Below, one piece after another: positions 9,329-18,576 of a DNA stretch of 64,000 nucleotides. The notes beneath the pieces were generated by a model, which was not told the origin of the DNA, searched no databases, and saw only the letters and a list, made by a program, of their open reading frames with translations. Each line of letters begins with the position of its first letter. Within the stretch, counting starts at the first letter, position 1. The DNA is from an uncultured virus (IMG/VR IMGVR_UViG_3300029305_005420). Taxonomy: Duplodnaviria > Heunggongvirae > Uroviricota > Caudoviricetes. The position numbers and the translations under genes were made by a program. The stretch is taken from IMG/VR virus record IMGVR_UViG_3300029305_005420. One strand, written 5' to 3'.

Positions 9329-9426
9329 AAAAAGGGCACCCCCAACCCAAAAAGGGCAGGGTCGCCATAGAAAAAAGGGCACCCCTGTTTCAAAAAAGGG
9401 CAGGGTTTAGAGGGGGTGCCCTTTTT
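9329..9426 (+). repeat. Four direct plus one inverted copies of AAAAAGGGCA
   Basis: Direct copies start at 9329, 9349, 9372, 9393; inverted TGCCCTTTTT at 9417. Confidence 0.9.
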
Positions 9427-9476
9427 GTATCAAAACCATACACCTTTGCCAAATAAGGACTACGGTATTGATACAA
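9425..9476. other. Candidate serine-recombinase attachment site (TTGTATCAA ... TTGATACAA inverted repeat, 52 bp)
   Basis: Perfect 9-bp inverted arms just downstream of the recombination module; function inferred. Confidence 0.4.
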
Positions 9477-9534
9477 TGCTGTAGTCCTTTACTTTTCCCA
9501 TAAACAAGCCGTTTTCAGGCATTTTTGCAAAAAC

Positions 9535-9585
9535 AAACTCCCTGTTTAAGGTATGATTTTAACCTTAAATTCAGGGAGTTTTTTC
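9535..9585. terminator. Long hairpin, probable bidirectional terminator
   Basis: AAACTCCCTG-TTTAAGGT...ACCTTAAAT-TCAGGGAGTTT followed by T-run, between convergent genes. Confidence 0.6.
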
Positions 9586-9726
9586 GTTTTTTATAGCCGG
9601 TAGTTTGTTTGTTTTAACTACCGTTTTTCTTTATGGGGTAATCGTTTTTCTTTGTAGGCTATCGTATTTCTTGTTGTTCCGTTCCTATAAAAATAGAGTT
9701 TTTGAAAAATCAGTTGTTTTAATAAC

Positions 9727-10662
9727 TTACTTTATAAAAGGTGCAAAAGCCTTTCTGAGTAATAAAACCTTATCAATTGCGGCGTTCATAAGTTCAGGGT
9801 AGTTATCTTGATTGTTAAAGTTCAACTCTGGAATATAGGTGCATACCATAGCGGCTTTTCTATTATCAAGCCTATCCCATGTTAACTCCATACCGCAAGC
9901 AGTTTCAATGGCTTCCTTATTTGAATAGAAATAATCAAACAGTTCCTTGTTATCGTTAATCCACACACCGACTCTTATTTTATGCTCTTTGTTTACAAGG
10001 TCCATAGATATGTAACACTCTGATGTACCCATAGCTACACAGTACCAATGGTCTGTATTAGCCTTTCTCTTATTAAAAGGCTTGCCACGCTCTTCAAGCA
10101 CATCGTTGAACATAGTCCAAAACTCTAAACGCTTTTTCTCTGTCTCACTAATATCTGAACGCTTAGATATTGTTTTTACTGTTTTAACAAAATCATTAGG
10201 CTGTTCTATTATCTTGAACTGCGGTGCTGGCTGTGAATCTCCAATCTTATAGGCGTGAACTTCTATTAAGAAAAATGCAAGCTCATCGTCAGTATGTTTG
10301 TTGAGCCACTCTACGGCACTTGCATGTTCCTGTTTCGCAGAAGCAACAATCCAAACAACCACAGAGGCATCAAGGCCTGATGCGTAAGTAATGGTTTTAC
10401 CAAGGTGCTCGTGGTTTGTAGGCTCTAACTGGTTTTCAATTAATACGGTTTTTCCAGTTATTTCATCCTTACAAAGAATGTCACAGCGATAATTACCTAC
10501 AAACTTTTCTGTCTCAATATCGGTTAGCGAAAGATTAAGCACATCGCCTAACTCTTGTATGTTGCTCTCACTTGCAAGCCACTTTGAAAAATCATACTGC
10601 TCATGATGCCATACTTTTCTTATATCTACTTCTTGTAATTTACCTAATTTCATAAAAAGCAA
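9727..10662 (-). CDS. DUF4268-domain protein with N-terminal PD-(D/E)XK nuclease-like domain
   Basis: W.HE..DFS.WL, CDIL...VLIENQL..T.H.HLGK.ITYA; C-terminal domain with FW..F and L.W.RLD. Confidence 0.75.
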   Translation of the reverse strand: MLFMKLGKLQEVDIRKVWHHEQYDFSKWLASESNIQELGDVLNLSLTDIETEKFVGNYRCDILCKDEITGKTVLIENQLEPTNHEHLGKTITYASGLDASVVVWIVASAKQEHASAVEWLNKHTDDELAFFLIEVHAYKIGDSQPAPQFKIIEQPNDFVKTVKTISKRSDISETEKKRLEFWTMFNDVLEERGKPFNKRKANTDHWYCVAMGTSECYISMDLVNKEHKIRVGVWINDNKELFDYFYSNKEAIETACGMELTWDRLDNRKAAMVCTYIPELNFNNQDNYPELMNAAIDKVLLLRKAFAPFIK

Positions 10663-10680
10663 CCTCTCTATCGTGTCAAT

Positions 10681-12627
10681 TTATAGACCCGGAATAAGCT
10701 GTGCAAGAAACTTCTGTATACGAGTCGCATCCATAATTGTTACTCTACCATCACTATCCGTATCCGCTACAGATAAAGCAATATCATCAAGTGTTGTAAG
10801 TTGAGCAAGGTGTCGTTGAATTTGTGTAGCATCCTTTATGGTTACTCTGCCGTCAAGGTCAACATCACCATTATCATAAGCCGATGGTGTAGGTGGTGTG
10901 ATTGGTGGGTTATCAGGAGCTACAACATTACCACCTGTAGATGGTTCTGTTGGAATATCTGTGCCACTCTCTTCATCCACCTTAACTTTATAAGTCAAAA
11001 TATTTGAGCTATAAGGACCGTGAACAGAAAGCAAATATGCACCCGGTTCGTACATAACCACCTCGTATCCCTTTGTATAATACAATCTATCAGTAACTGT
11101 CATTCCTGAAGATACCAAATTATAAACGAACTCTATATCTTCACTACAAGTAATAGTGTATGTCTGAGAAGCCGTGGAATATATTTCTATCTCAAAAGCC
11201 TCTCCAACCTCAACTTCATAATCGTATTCTACATCAGGGTTAACCACCCACTGTGCTGTAATTGTCATGTCAGAAGTTACATTAGAAAAGTCTAAATCCC
11301 AACCATTAAATATATAAAGCTCGTTTGTTGGTGCTTTAGGCTCGATTGCCGATTCACCATCTATAACTCTTTGTGTGCTTACAGTCGCACCAAAACCATC
11401 TTTAAAAATCACTATGTGACTTGTGGCATCTCCACCAGTTTCTAACTCTTTAACCTCAAAGTTTAGATAAGACAAATCCTGTTTAGTAGTTCCATAATGA
11501 TGAGTTTGAGAATTAGCAATAACCGTTGAGTTATCATTTTTGTCATCCATAGAAATATACTCTACAGTCCATACTCCTGATACAGTTTCCTCGTCTACTA
11601 TAAATTCACCTTGGAAGGTATTACTGTCGGAAATCCTATTTAAAACAACGCTCTCACTAACCCCTGAAGGTCTTTCGTAACTTATGTATATATAACTGTT
11701 AGGATTTTCGTCATCAACGACTGCAGTAAAGGTTATAGTCTCGCCTACAGAAACAAAGGTTTTATTCATCTCAAAGGAAACCAACACAGGAGGGTCTGTA
11801 TCTGCATTAGTGCCTATTACCTCAAAACTTAAATGCGACAAATCCTGCTTCACTTCACCATAGGTATACTGTGGGTAATTAGCAACAGTTGTTTTATTCT
11901 CGTATTTATCATAAAGTGTAATATATTTTACATTCCAAACACCCGACTCTGTTTGTTCGCCCACGGTAATCTTGCCTTCGTAAGTATTACCTTCACCCAC
12001 TTTCTTTAGGGTTACAGTATCACTAATGCCCGATGGTCTCTCGTAGGTTATGTAGGCAAGTCTAATATAGCTCTCATCCGTTATTGTCGCAGTAAATGTT
12101 ATAGTTTCATCCAAAGAAACAAGGGACTTGTCCATTTCAATGGAAGTCAGCACCGGAGACTCTATATCCGCATTTGTACCCACTACCTCAAAACTCAAAT
12201 GAGACAAATCTTGCTTGACCTCTCCGTATGTATATTGAGGGTAATTAGCCACCGTTGTTGTGTTTTCATATTTATCAATGAGCGTAATATACATTACATT
12301 CCAAACGCCTGATTCTGTGTCATCCGCTACTGCAAGCTCACCTTCGTAGACACCATCATCTACTTTAGTCAAGGCTATGGATTCACTAACACCGGAAGGT
12401 CTCTCATATGATATATAAGCAAGACTGATATTACTCTCATCCACTACGGTAGCTGTAAATGTTACTATTTCACCTGCTGATAAAAGTGTCTTGTCTGCGG
12501 ATATGCTTTCGAGAACAGGAGCTGTTACATCTGCGGCAGATACCGACACTGGCAAAGCAGTAATAAACATTAACATAGCCATTAGTGTTGCAATGAATTT
12601 TACAGTTGTTTTTTTCATAACATCCAC
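10681..12627 (-). CDS. Secreted protein: signal peptide, three ~120-aa Ig-like repeats, InlB-B/Flg_new-like repeat, C-terminal type I dockerin
   Basis: MKKTTVKFIATLMAML..VSA signal; repeated D..PVL.S....K...GE.ITFTA; F.GWD.DFSNVTSDMTITAQW; GDVDLDGRVTIKDATQIQ..ADTDSDGRVTIMDATRIQ. Confidence 0.85.
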   Translation of the reverse strand: MDVMKKTTVKFIATLMAMLMFITALPVSVSAADVTAPVLESISADKTLLSAGEIVTFTATVVDESNISLAYISYERPSGVSESIALTKVDDGVYEGELAVADDTESGVWNVMYITLIDKYENTTTVANYPQYTYGEVKQDLSHLSFEVVGTNADIESPVLTSIEMDKSLVSLDETITFTATITDESYIRLAYITYERPSGISDTVTLKKVGEGNTYEGKITVGEQTESGVWNVKYITLYDKYENKTTVANYPQYTYGEVKQDLSHLSFEVIGTNADTDPPVLVSFEMNKTFVSVGETITFTAVVDDENPNSYIYISYERPSGVSESVVLNRISDSNTFQGEFIVDEETVSGVWTVEYISMDDKNDNSTVIANSQTHHYGTTKQDLSYLNFEVKELETGGDATSHIVIFKDGFGATVSTQRVIDGESAIEPKAPTNELYIFNGWDLDFSNVTSDMTITAQWVVNPDVEYDYEVEVGEAFEIEIYSTASQTYTITCSEDIEFVYNLVSSGMTVTDRLYYTKGYEVVMYEPGAYLLSVHGPYSSNILTYKVKVDEESGTDIPTEPSTGGNVVAPDNPPITPPTPSAYDNGDVDLDGRVTIKDATQIQRHLAQLTTLDDIALSVADTDSDGRVTIMDATRIQKFLAQLIPGL

Positions 12628-12655
12628 TCCCTTAAAGTGTTGTTTTAGTTCTTAG

Positions 12656-15427
12656 TTATTGTGATGTTAACTTCTGATACATTTTCATCAGCTCTGCCAC
12701 ACAAGACGACTCAGTTGTGTTCTTAATGTCAAAGCCATAAGCTCGCATAACTGCACGGTCATTATCTTGATGTGCCTTTCTAAGCTCTGGTGGCATATAG
12801 AGCTCATCGTAAAGGTCGGCAAGTGAGCTATCAGGATACAACGCACGAGCATCAAGAATAGCCTGTGCTGTTTGCTCTATCTTTACTTTTTGTTCTTCTG
12901 TCGGATTAGGCCAAGGGAACGTGTTATAAACCATTGTATTTGAATATCTATAATCACTCTTTAATCTGCCACAAACTGTTCGCATCCACGCCATATGAAC
13001 ATTAGAAGTTAATATGCCAAATGTATAAATATCCGCATTATCTACAAAAAACAAAGCATTGGTATAAACCATACCTTCCGGCATAAAACATATTGGAATA
13101 TATTTACGATTTTCAGATGATACTACCGGAACAACAACGCTTTTCCCATTAGGCACCTGTGGTTGAAAATATCTTGATGGAGTATCCTTAAGAGCGGCAG
13201 TTGAAGGGCTCGAATTATTGGCTCTGAACTCATACACAGCGTTTACTCTGCTCCTTATAAAACTACTATCTCTAAGGTCTTTAGGAGAACAATTTTCTAA
13301 GTATAGCACATACTTTTCCTCACCATTATTCAGCAAATCTCTTGCATTATAATATTTTCTTATGTACTTCGCTATTTCAGGTTCTTTATCAATAACTGCA
13401 CGGTATTCTTCTTCATTGCCTACTATAAAATTGCCACCGTCAATTAGTTGTGCTCCCTTTGTCATTTTAGGAATATCACATAGCGGTTTTCCAACTTTGT
13501 CAATAAATATATTATCTGCAGGTGCCAAATACTGATTAATATTACTGCATCTTAAAAACTTTTGATCGGTAAATAACACTTTTTCTAAATTATTATTCTT
13601 AGAGAATCCAATAATAACACAATGGACATGGGCCTTATCGACCGCTTCACTATCCCATTTAAAAGTGTTGTATGCAAAGTTAATATATATTTTTTCTACT
13701 TCAAACAAGTATTTCCATATGGTAAGAGCTTGTTCACCCTGTGTGATGGAATTACTTGAAACAAATGCACAGCAAATATTAGTTCCATTTATATATTTAG
13801 AAGCCTTAAAATACCAACATGCAACATAATCCAACTGTTTATATTTACTTAATGGTATGGTTAAGCTCATATCTTTTTTATTCTCATCTGTACAGCTTCT
13901 CATTCCAACAAACGGTGGATTACCCATAATGTAGTTGAGTTTATCCTTTGGTACTACATCTTCCCAGTCTATACGAAGAGCGTTACCTTCGATAATATTG
14001 GCATAAGAAGTAAGAGGTAAGAAATCAAGGTTCTTATGAACTATCTCCTCGGTTTCTTTCATCATCTGCGATTCAGCTATCCACAACGCAGTCTTAGCAA
14101 CAGTTACTGCAAAGTCGTTGATTTCAAGACCGTAGAATTGACCAATTGACACCTTAATTATACCGCCGGTATCAATAACGATTTGGTCACCGTAGATTTC
14201 TTTTAGTGCTTCGTTCTCAAGGCGGCGAAGACTTATGTATGTTTCCGTCAGGAAGTTACCCGAACCGCAAGCAGGGTCTAAAAATGTCAGACCGCTGAGT
14301 TTATCTCTGAAATCATTTAGTTTCTTTTCTCTCGTTTTTGTAACTTTAGTTTCTTTTATCTGTTCAAACTCTGCCCACAACTCATCCAAAAACAGAGGGT
14401 CTATAACCTTATGGATATTCTCTATAGAGGTATAGTGCATACCGCCACTACGACGAGTTTCAGGGTTCAATGTACTTTCAAATACCGCACCAAATATAGT
14501 AGGACTAATCTCTGACCAGTCGAAGTCGGCACTTGCATTCTCAAGAAGTATCTCCTTAATTTCATCGCTAAACTGAGGAATTATAATATCGGCATCGGCA
14601 AACAGACCGCCATTCACATATGGGAATGACAGCAACATCTCATCCTCGTATTCATCCCTGTCCTCATACTTTGTATCAAGCATACGGAACAGGTCAATCA
14701 ATGCCTTTCTCATTTCACGAGCAGAAAAAGAATTGATGTAATTATAAAACTTATTGTGTCCACCAAAAACACCTGCATCTTCTGCATACAAACAGAATAC
14801 GAGTCGTACACAAAGCATATTTAAGCTCTTAAGAACGGCATCGTCCTCGGCATTGTGGTACTGCTTTAGAATCTCGTCATACAATCTACCAACAATTTTA
14901 CCGGCATCAATAGACACCTTGAGTTCTTTCTTTATGTTCTCATCGTCCTTGTCTACCAAGAACTGCAATCTATAATACTCTTTATGTAAATTTTTCAGTT
15001 CTATATGCTCAGGGTCTGAATTAGGTCTTTCTAAGTCGTATATCAAAAAATCGGTGAAGTTACAAGTTACAATCCATCTTGGACGCTGTGAGTAAGGTAA
15101 TGTTGAAGCATAACGCTGTGCCTGTTGAAAAGGCGTAAGCAAAGACCCATCCGACTGACGGATAGGTTTTTTGAGGTCTTTGCCTTTGCTTTTCTGTTCT
15201 ATTAAAACATGTGTTGAAGGGATATGACCGTCTATAAAACTGGCGTGGTCGAGCTGAGCCTTCTCTTCAAAAATAATAAAATGAGCAGGGTCTTCAACTC
15301 CGTAAACCTTCTGCAAAAGCTCCATCCAAAATGGTTGGCTTTCACCTTTCTCATATCCTCTTTCTGCCCAATACTCAGCAAAGGCTTTTGCTTGTATTCT
15401 CTGTTCTGCTTCTTTCATGTAAATCAC
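12656..15427 (-). CDS. MmeI-like type IIL/IIG single-chain restriction-modification enzyme (N6-adenine MTase)
   Basis: N-terminal FIDG..VLIEQKS nuclease motif, GMHYTS, FLDPACGSGNFL, GNPPF, GRLKSDYRYS, SLADLYD. Confidence 0.9.
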   Translation of the reverse strand: MIYMKEAEQRIQAKAFAEYWAERGYEKGESQPFWMELLQKVYGVEDPAHFIIFEEKAQLDHASFIDGHIPSTHVLIEQKSKGKDLKKPIRQSDGSLLTPFQQAQRYASTLPYSQRPRWIVTCNFTDFLIYDLERPNSDPEHIELKNLHKEYYRLQFLVDKDDENIKKELKVSIDAGKIVGRLYDEILKQYHNAEDDAVLKSLNMLCVRLVFCLYAEDAGVFGGHNKFYNYINSFSAREMRKALIDLFRMLDTKYEDRDEYEDEMLLSFPYVNGGLFADADIIIPQFSDEIKEILLENASADFDWSEISPTIFGAVFESTLNPETRRSGGMHYTSIENIHKVIDPLFLDELWAEFEQIKETKVTKTREKKLNDFRDKLSGLTFLDPACGSGNFLTETYISLRRLENEALKEIYGDQIVIDTGGIIKVSIGQFYGLEINDFAVTVAKTALWIAESQMMKETEEIVHKNLDFLPLTSYANIIEGNALRIDWEDVVPKDKLNYIMGNPPFVGMRSCTDENKKDMSLTIPLSKYKQLDYVACWYFKASKYINGTNICCAFVSSNSITQGEQALTIWKYLFEVEKIYINFAYNTFKWDSEAVDKAHVHCVIIGFSKNNNLEKVLFTDQKFLRCSNINQYLAPADNIFIDKVGKPLCDIPKMTKGAQLIDGGNFIVGNEEEYRAVIDKEPEIAKYIRKYYNARDLLNNGEEKYVLYLENCSPKDLRDSSFIRSRVNAVYEFRANNSSPSTAALKDTPSRYFQPQVPNGKSVVVPVVSSENRKYIPICFMPEGMVYTNALFFVDNADIYTFGILTSNVHMAWMRTVCGRLKSDYRYSNTMVYNTFPWPNPTEEQKVKIEQTAQAILDARALYPDSSLADLYDELYMPPELRKAHQDNDRAVMRAYGFDIKNTTESSCVAELMKMYQKLTSQ

Positions 15428-15589
15428 CTTTGATTAATCAATTCTTATTTATGTGACTGGTGCATCTTTTTACTTATAATTAGAATTATTATAACATAGC
15501 TTTTTGTCAAGTTCAATGAAAATACAAATGTTAATTCTAAATCTTATGTAATTATTATACACCCTATTAAGTCCTATAAAACGGACTAC

Positions 15590-15621
15590 AAAAAAAAAAG
15601 AGGAAGGCCTAAACCTTCCTC
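15590..15621 (-). terminator. Rho-independent terminator of the nuclease gene
   Basis: GAGGAAGG/CCTTCCTC stem followed by a long T-run on the minus strand. Confidence 0.75.
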
Positions 15622-15627
15622 GATTAT

Positions 15628-16860
15628 TTAATAACACTTTTTACACGGTTCATAACCCATTGATTCTGCATCAGATTGTGTCACCTGCGATGGGTTCTTC
15701 ATATTGCTACAACTTGACCTACTGTGGTACTTGCTACCGGACTGCGGTATCCATACCATTGAACCACCGGAATTATTATTGTTATTGTATTCCGGCTCCT
15801 CCACCTTTGGAGGGTCTGTTTCAGGCTCTACGCTTGGACCTGAACTGCTACCTGTCGCATAATTAATTGTTATGCCCGGCTGAACATTATAACAATAAAC
15901 ATTGAAGCAAATGCCGTCACCGTCATCCTCGATAGAGTATGCCTCCATCTGAACGCCGCTACAAACAAGGTTACTGCCCTCAAAAATAGGTGTAACTCTG
16001 TACGCTACATGGTTGCCCGTTTCCTTTATATAGTCGGCTACCATATTCTCAAAGGTAAGCATACCCTCGATGTTCATATAGCGTGTACCGGTTATAAGGT
16101 TACTTCTGTTTGCATTTTCCGCAGATAACTGCCAACCTATAAGGTGACATCTATTCCAAAGGTAACCACCGGATATACCATCATACTTTGCCTGTTTCCA
16201 ACCTGACGGTTTTATACTGCTGATACTGCCTCGCTCTTCACCGTCTTTAGGCATTATCTCTTTACCACAAGAAGCAAGTGCAACACCGCATCTGCCGTAA
16301 CTGTCAAGGGAGCTGTATTTCTCATAGCCCTTTGTGGTAAGCTCTGCAGAGCTAAAGTTAGGTATATTATCATTTAATACTGTATACGCTGTTCCTGAAT
16401 ATTCAGGAATGTTTGACGGATTTGCCTTTTCAGGCTCACCGTTTCCAACTGCCGCCTTTGTTGGTGGTACGGTCGTTGGAGGCTCCGTTGTTGGCTCCGT
16501 GGCCGTTGTTGGAGGTTCAGTTGTCGCCTCTGTTGTTGGAGTCTCATCCTTTGTTGCAGGTAGTGTGTATTCGTAATCAGGTATTTGATAATCATCGTCA
16601 TTATCAAACGAGCCTACAGGGGTAAGCATTACGCCCGTGAACAACACCGCTACCGACAGCAAAATAGCTATGCCGCTTTTAATCTTCAGTTTATTCTTAA
16701 GCAGTTCTCTGAGTGGTTTTATAGGCATCATCAACGCCGCCGCTAACACAAAGAAAAAGCTCGAAATGTGCCAACCTGTAGCTAACGCCAAGATAACAAA
16801 AACACCAACAAAGAACCATTGCACTATTTTACCAAACACTCTCAAGGCTCTCTCCTCCAA
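15628..16860 (-). CDS. Membrane-anchored DNA/RNA non-specific endonuclease with C-terminal metal-binding domain
   Basis: N-terminal TM helices, Pro/Thr linker, LD.YGRCG.A, NRCHLIG, NLITGTRYMN, YRVTP; KYH...C...PCKKC. Confidence 0.88.
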   Translation of the reverse strand: MEERALRVFGKIVQWFFVGVFVILALATGWHISSFFFVLAAALMMPIKPLRELLKNKLKIKSGIAILLSVAVLFTGVMLTPVGSFDNDDDYQIPDYEYTLPATKDETPTTEATTEPPTTATEPTTEPPTTVPPTKAAVGNGEPEKANPSNIPEYSGTAYTVLNDNIPNFSSAELTTKGYEKYSSLDSYGRCGVALASCGKEIMPKDGEERGSISSIKPSGWKQAKYDGISGGYLWNRCHLIGWQLSAENANRSNLITGTRYMNIEGMLTFENMVADYIKETGNHVAYRVTPIFEGSNLVCSGVQMEAYSIEDDGDGICFNVYCYNVQPGITINYATGSSSGPSVEPETDPPKVEEPEYNNNNNSGGSMVWIPQSGSKYHSRSSCSNMKNPSQVTQSDAESMGYEPCKKCY

Positions 16861-17258
16861 ACTTCAATAGTGATTTTGTCGTGAGAAGAACCTGCGATGT
16901 CCTCTGTCGATATCTTTTTGAAACCCTCACCCTTTAAGTCAATGTCAAAATACTTGTCAGCAGGATATTTCCTGTTCCAATGACAGAGTACGATTTCAGA
17001 CACACCTTCAGCAGAGTATGGACCATCCTCTATAAAGCAGTAGTCATCAGCTCCGGCTTTATTGATGTAGTCATCATCAGTTATAAAGGAACTGTGTTCA
17101 GTAAACTGTTTAGCAGAGTATGTACTCATCCACAGTTTGCTTCCTGCAGTCATCTCCATAAGCCTCGCTCTAAGGTTGCTATCTTGGGATTGTCTCTTAC
17201 CAAAGAACATCATACCTTTTCCTTTTTCTACGCAGAATATTAATTTCATTTTCTGCAC
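16842..17258 (-). CDS. Conserved hypothetical protein, possibly DHFR-like fold
   Basis: MKLIFCV...GMMF..KRQS.D, WNRKYPAD.YF; coupled to the nuclease gene; fold is a guess. Confidence 0.55.
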   Translation of the reverse strand: MQKMKLIFCVEKGKGMMFFGKRQSQDSNLRARLMEMTAGSKLWMSTYSAKQFTEHSSFITDDDYINKAGADDYCFIEDGPYSAEGVSEIVLCHWNRKYPADKYFDIDLKGEGFKKISTEDIAGSSHDKITIEVWRREP

Positions 17259-17309
17259 CTCCTACCATTATTATAAAAGAATAAAAGTCCAAAAATCCGG
17301 TCTGTGTTT

Positions 17310-17423
17310 GTTTCATCTCAGTAAACGACATACACAAAAAAGTTCACTCATATGAAACCTATCTCCATTATATCGGTTACTCATATGAAACGCAAGCGTA
17401 TTAAAATATTACTAATATGAAAC
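17310..17423. promoter_or_regulatory. Operator-like repeats ACT(C/A)ATATGAAAC x3 plus one inverted variant
   Basis: 17346-17358, 17379-17391, 17411-17423; inverted GTTTCATCTCAGT 17310-17322; between divergent genes. Confidence 0.7.
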
Positions 17424-17430
17424 TTGCGAG

Positions 17431-17805
17431 GTGAGTAGTGTGTTTGATTTTGGTTTAAGAATTCAGGAACTGCGAATGAAACACAACCTGTCACAAAGTG
17501 AATTAGGTAAGAAAATAAACAAAAGCAAAACTGCTATATGGGGGTACGAGAACAATGTTCGAATCCCACCTTTAGAAGCCCTTGTGGATATAGCGGTTGT
17601 ATTAAATGTTTCATTGGACTACCTTGTGGGCATTGATAAGAACGAAATGGTATCCTTAAACGGATTAAGTGACGACCAAAAAACATTAGTGTACACCCTT
17701 ATAGAGGTTCTCAAAAACGACAAACGTCCTAACGAAGGCTTGTCAGATAAAGAAAAAGACACCATCGAGAGCCTCATGGTTGAACTGTACAAGAAACAAA
17801 AGTAA
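17431..17805 (+). CDS. XRE-family HTH regulator
   Basis: LSQSELGKKINKSKTAIWGYENNVRIPPLEAL..IA..LNVSLDYLVG. Confidence 0.9.
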   Translation: MSSVFDFGLRIQELRMKHNLSQSELGKKINKSKTAIWGYENNVRIPPLEALVDIAVVLNVSLDYLVGIDKNEMVSLNGLSDDQKTLVYTLIEVLKNDKRPNEGLSDKEKDTIESLMVELYKKQK

Positions 17806-17808
17806 TCA

Positions 17809-17840
17809 AGCACCGGAGCTTAATGGCTTCGGTGTTTTTC
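17809..17840 (+). terminator. Rho-independent terminator
   Basis: AGCACCGGAGC/GCTTCGGTGTT stem plus T-run. Confidence 0.75.
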
Positions 17841-17953
17841 TATTTATGGCACCTGCGAAAGAAGGCATAACCTTTAATTATAAAATACAACCTGTACCAT
17901 AATCAGGACTTATCGCTGTTTTGAAAATAAACTACAAAATTGTGACTTTTACC

Positions 17954-18004
17954 TTGACAGATGCAAAAAATGCTCCTATAATTAAATTATCGAACATACA
18001 TTCT
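17954..18004 (+). promoter_or_regulatory. Consensus sigma-A promoter TTGACA-N17-TATAAT followed by LexA-box-like CGAACATACATTCT
   Basis: -35 at 17954-17959, -10 at 17977-17982; GAAC-N4-ATTC is one mismatch from the Firmicutes GAAC-N4-GTTC. Confidence 0.7.
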
Positions 18005-18155
18005 ATTTGTATCTTTCGCTCATGCCCCGGAGCGAAGGACACGCAGGTTAAAGAAGTGGAGGCGGTCTAAAAAGAAACACTTACCTTTCCGGTGAATAAT
18101 CAGCACCCATATTAAAAATGAGCACAACTTTTAACGAATGAAAGGAATATGAATA

Positions 18156-18326
18156 ATGAGGAAAGTCAAGTTTGTAAAAACCCCTAAAGAGAAGATTACT
18201 TTAGGTGAGTGTGTAAGAACCGCTACCGGGGAATTGGCATTGAAGGTAAAAAAGCCTAACAAGAATAAATACGAAGTAGTGTCCATGAGCCAGTTAGTTG
18301 AAATGATGGTAGCTGAATCTAATTAA
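18156..18326 (+). CDS. 56-aa basic microprotein (absent from ORF track), paralogue of 19389-19583
   Basis: MRKVKFVKTPKEKITLGECVRTATGELALKVKKPNKNKYEVVSMSQLVEMMVAESN*; RBS AAAGGA. Confidence 0.7.
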   Translation: MRKVKFVKTPKEKITLGECVRTATGELALKVKKPNKNKYEVVSMSQLVEMMVAESN

Positions 18327-18364
18327 AAAACCATAGACCGAGGGTATCCGATATTGCGAGTTAC

Positions 18365-18414
18365 GCCGGCATAAATGTCTTACAGTCCTGTTGTAAGTGT
18401 TTATGCCGGCTTTT
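18365..18414 (+). terminator. Long stem-loop plus T-run, motif shared with 19632-19687
   Basis: GCCGGCATAAAT..CTTACAG / TTGTAAG..GTTTATGCCGGC-TTTT. Confidence 0.75.
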
Positions 18415-18513
18415 GAATTGTCGTTCAAGTCCATTTGTTATATTTTGTCGAATTTTATACTTTTAACAAGATTTTTGTATTCTTTTGTAATATTTGCAAG
18501 AATAATATTTTTC

Positions 18514-18551
18514 TTGACAAATCTACAAATGCGTGTTAAGATATTTGTAGA
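18514..18551 (+). promoter_or_regulatory. Promoter TTGACA-N17-TAAGAT overlapped by inverted repeat TCTACAAAT-N12-ATTTGTAGA
   Basis: Read directly; immediately upstream of an HTH gene, likely autoregulatory. Confidence 0.65.
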
Positions 18552-18576
18552 AACCAAAAGAAAGGGGTCGAGCACC

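Noticed and set aside
9256..9456. 66-aa ORF after the XRE gene
   Set aside because: Runs through the AAAAAGGGCA repeat array, no RBS; probably spurious
18397..18576. N-terminal 60 aa of the 325-aa ORF
   Set aside because: Overlaps a terminator and a promoter/operator; the real start is probably TTG at 18577
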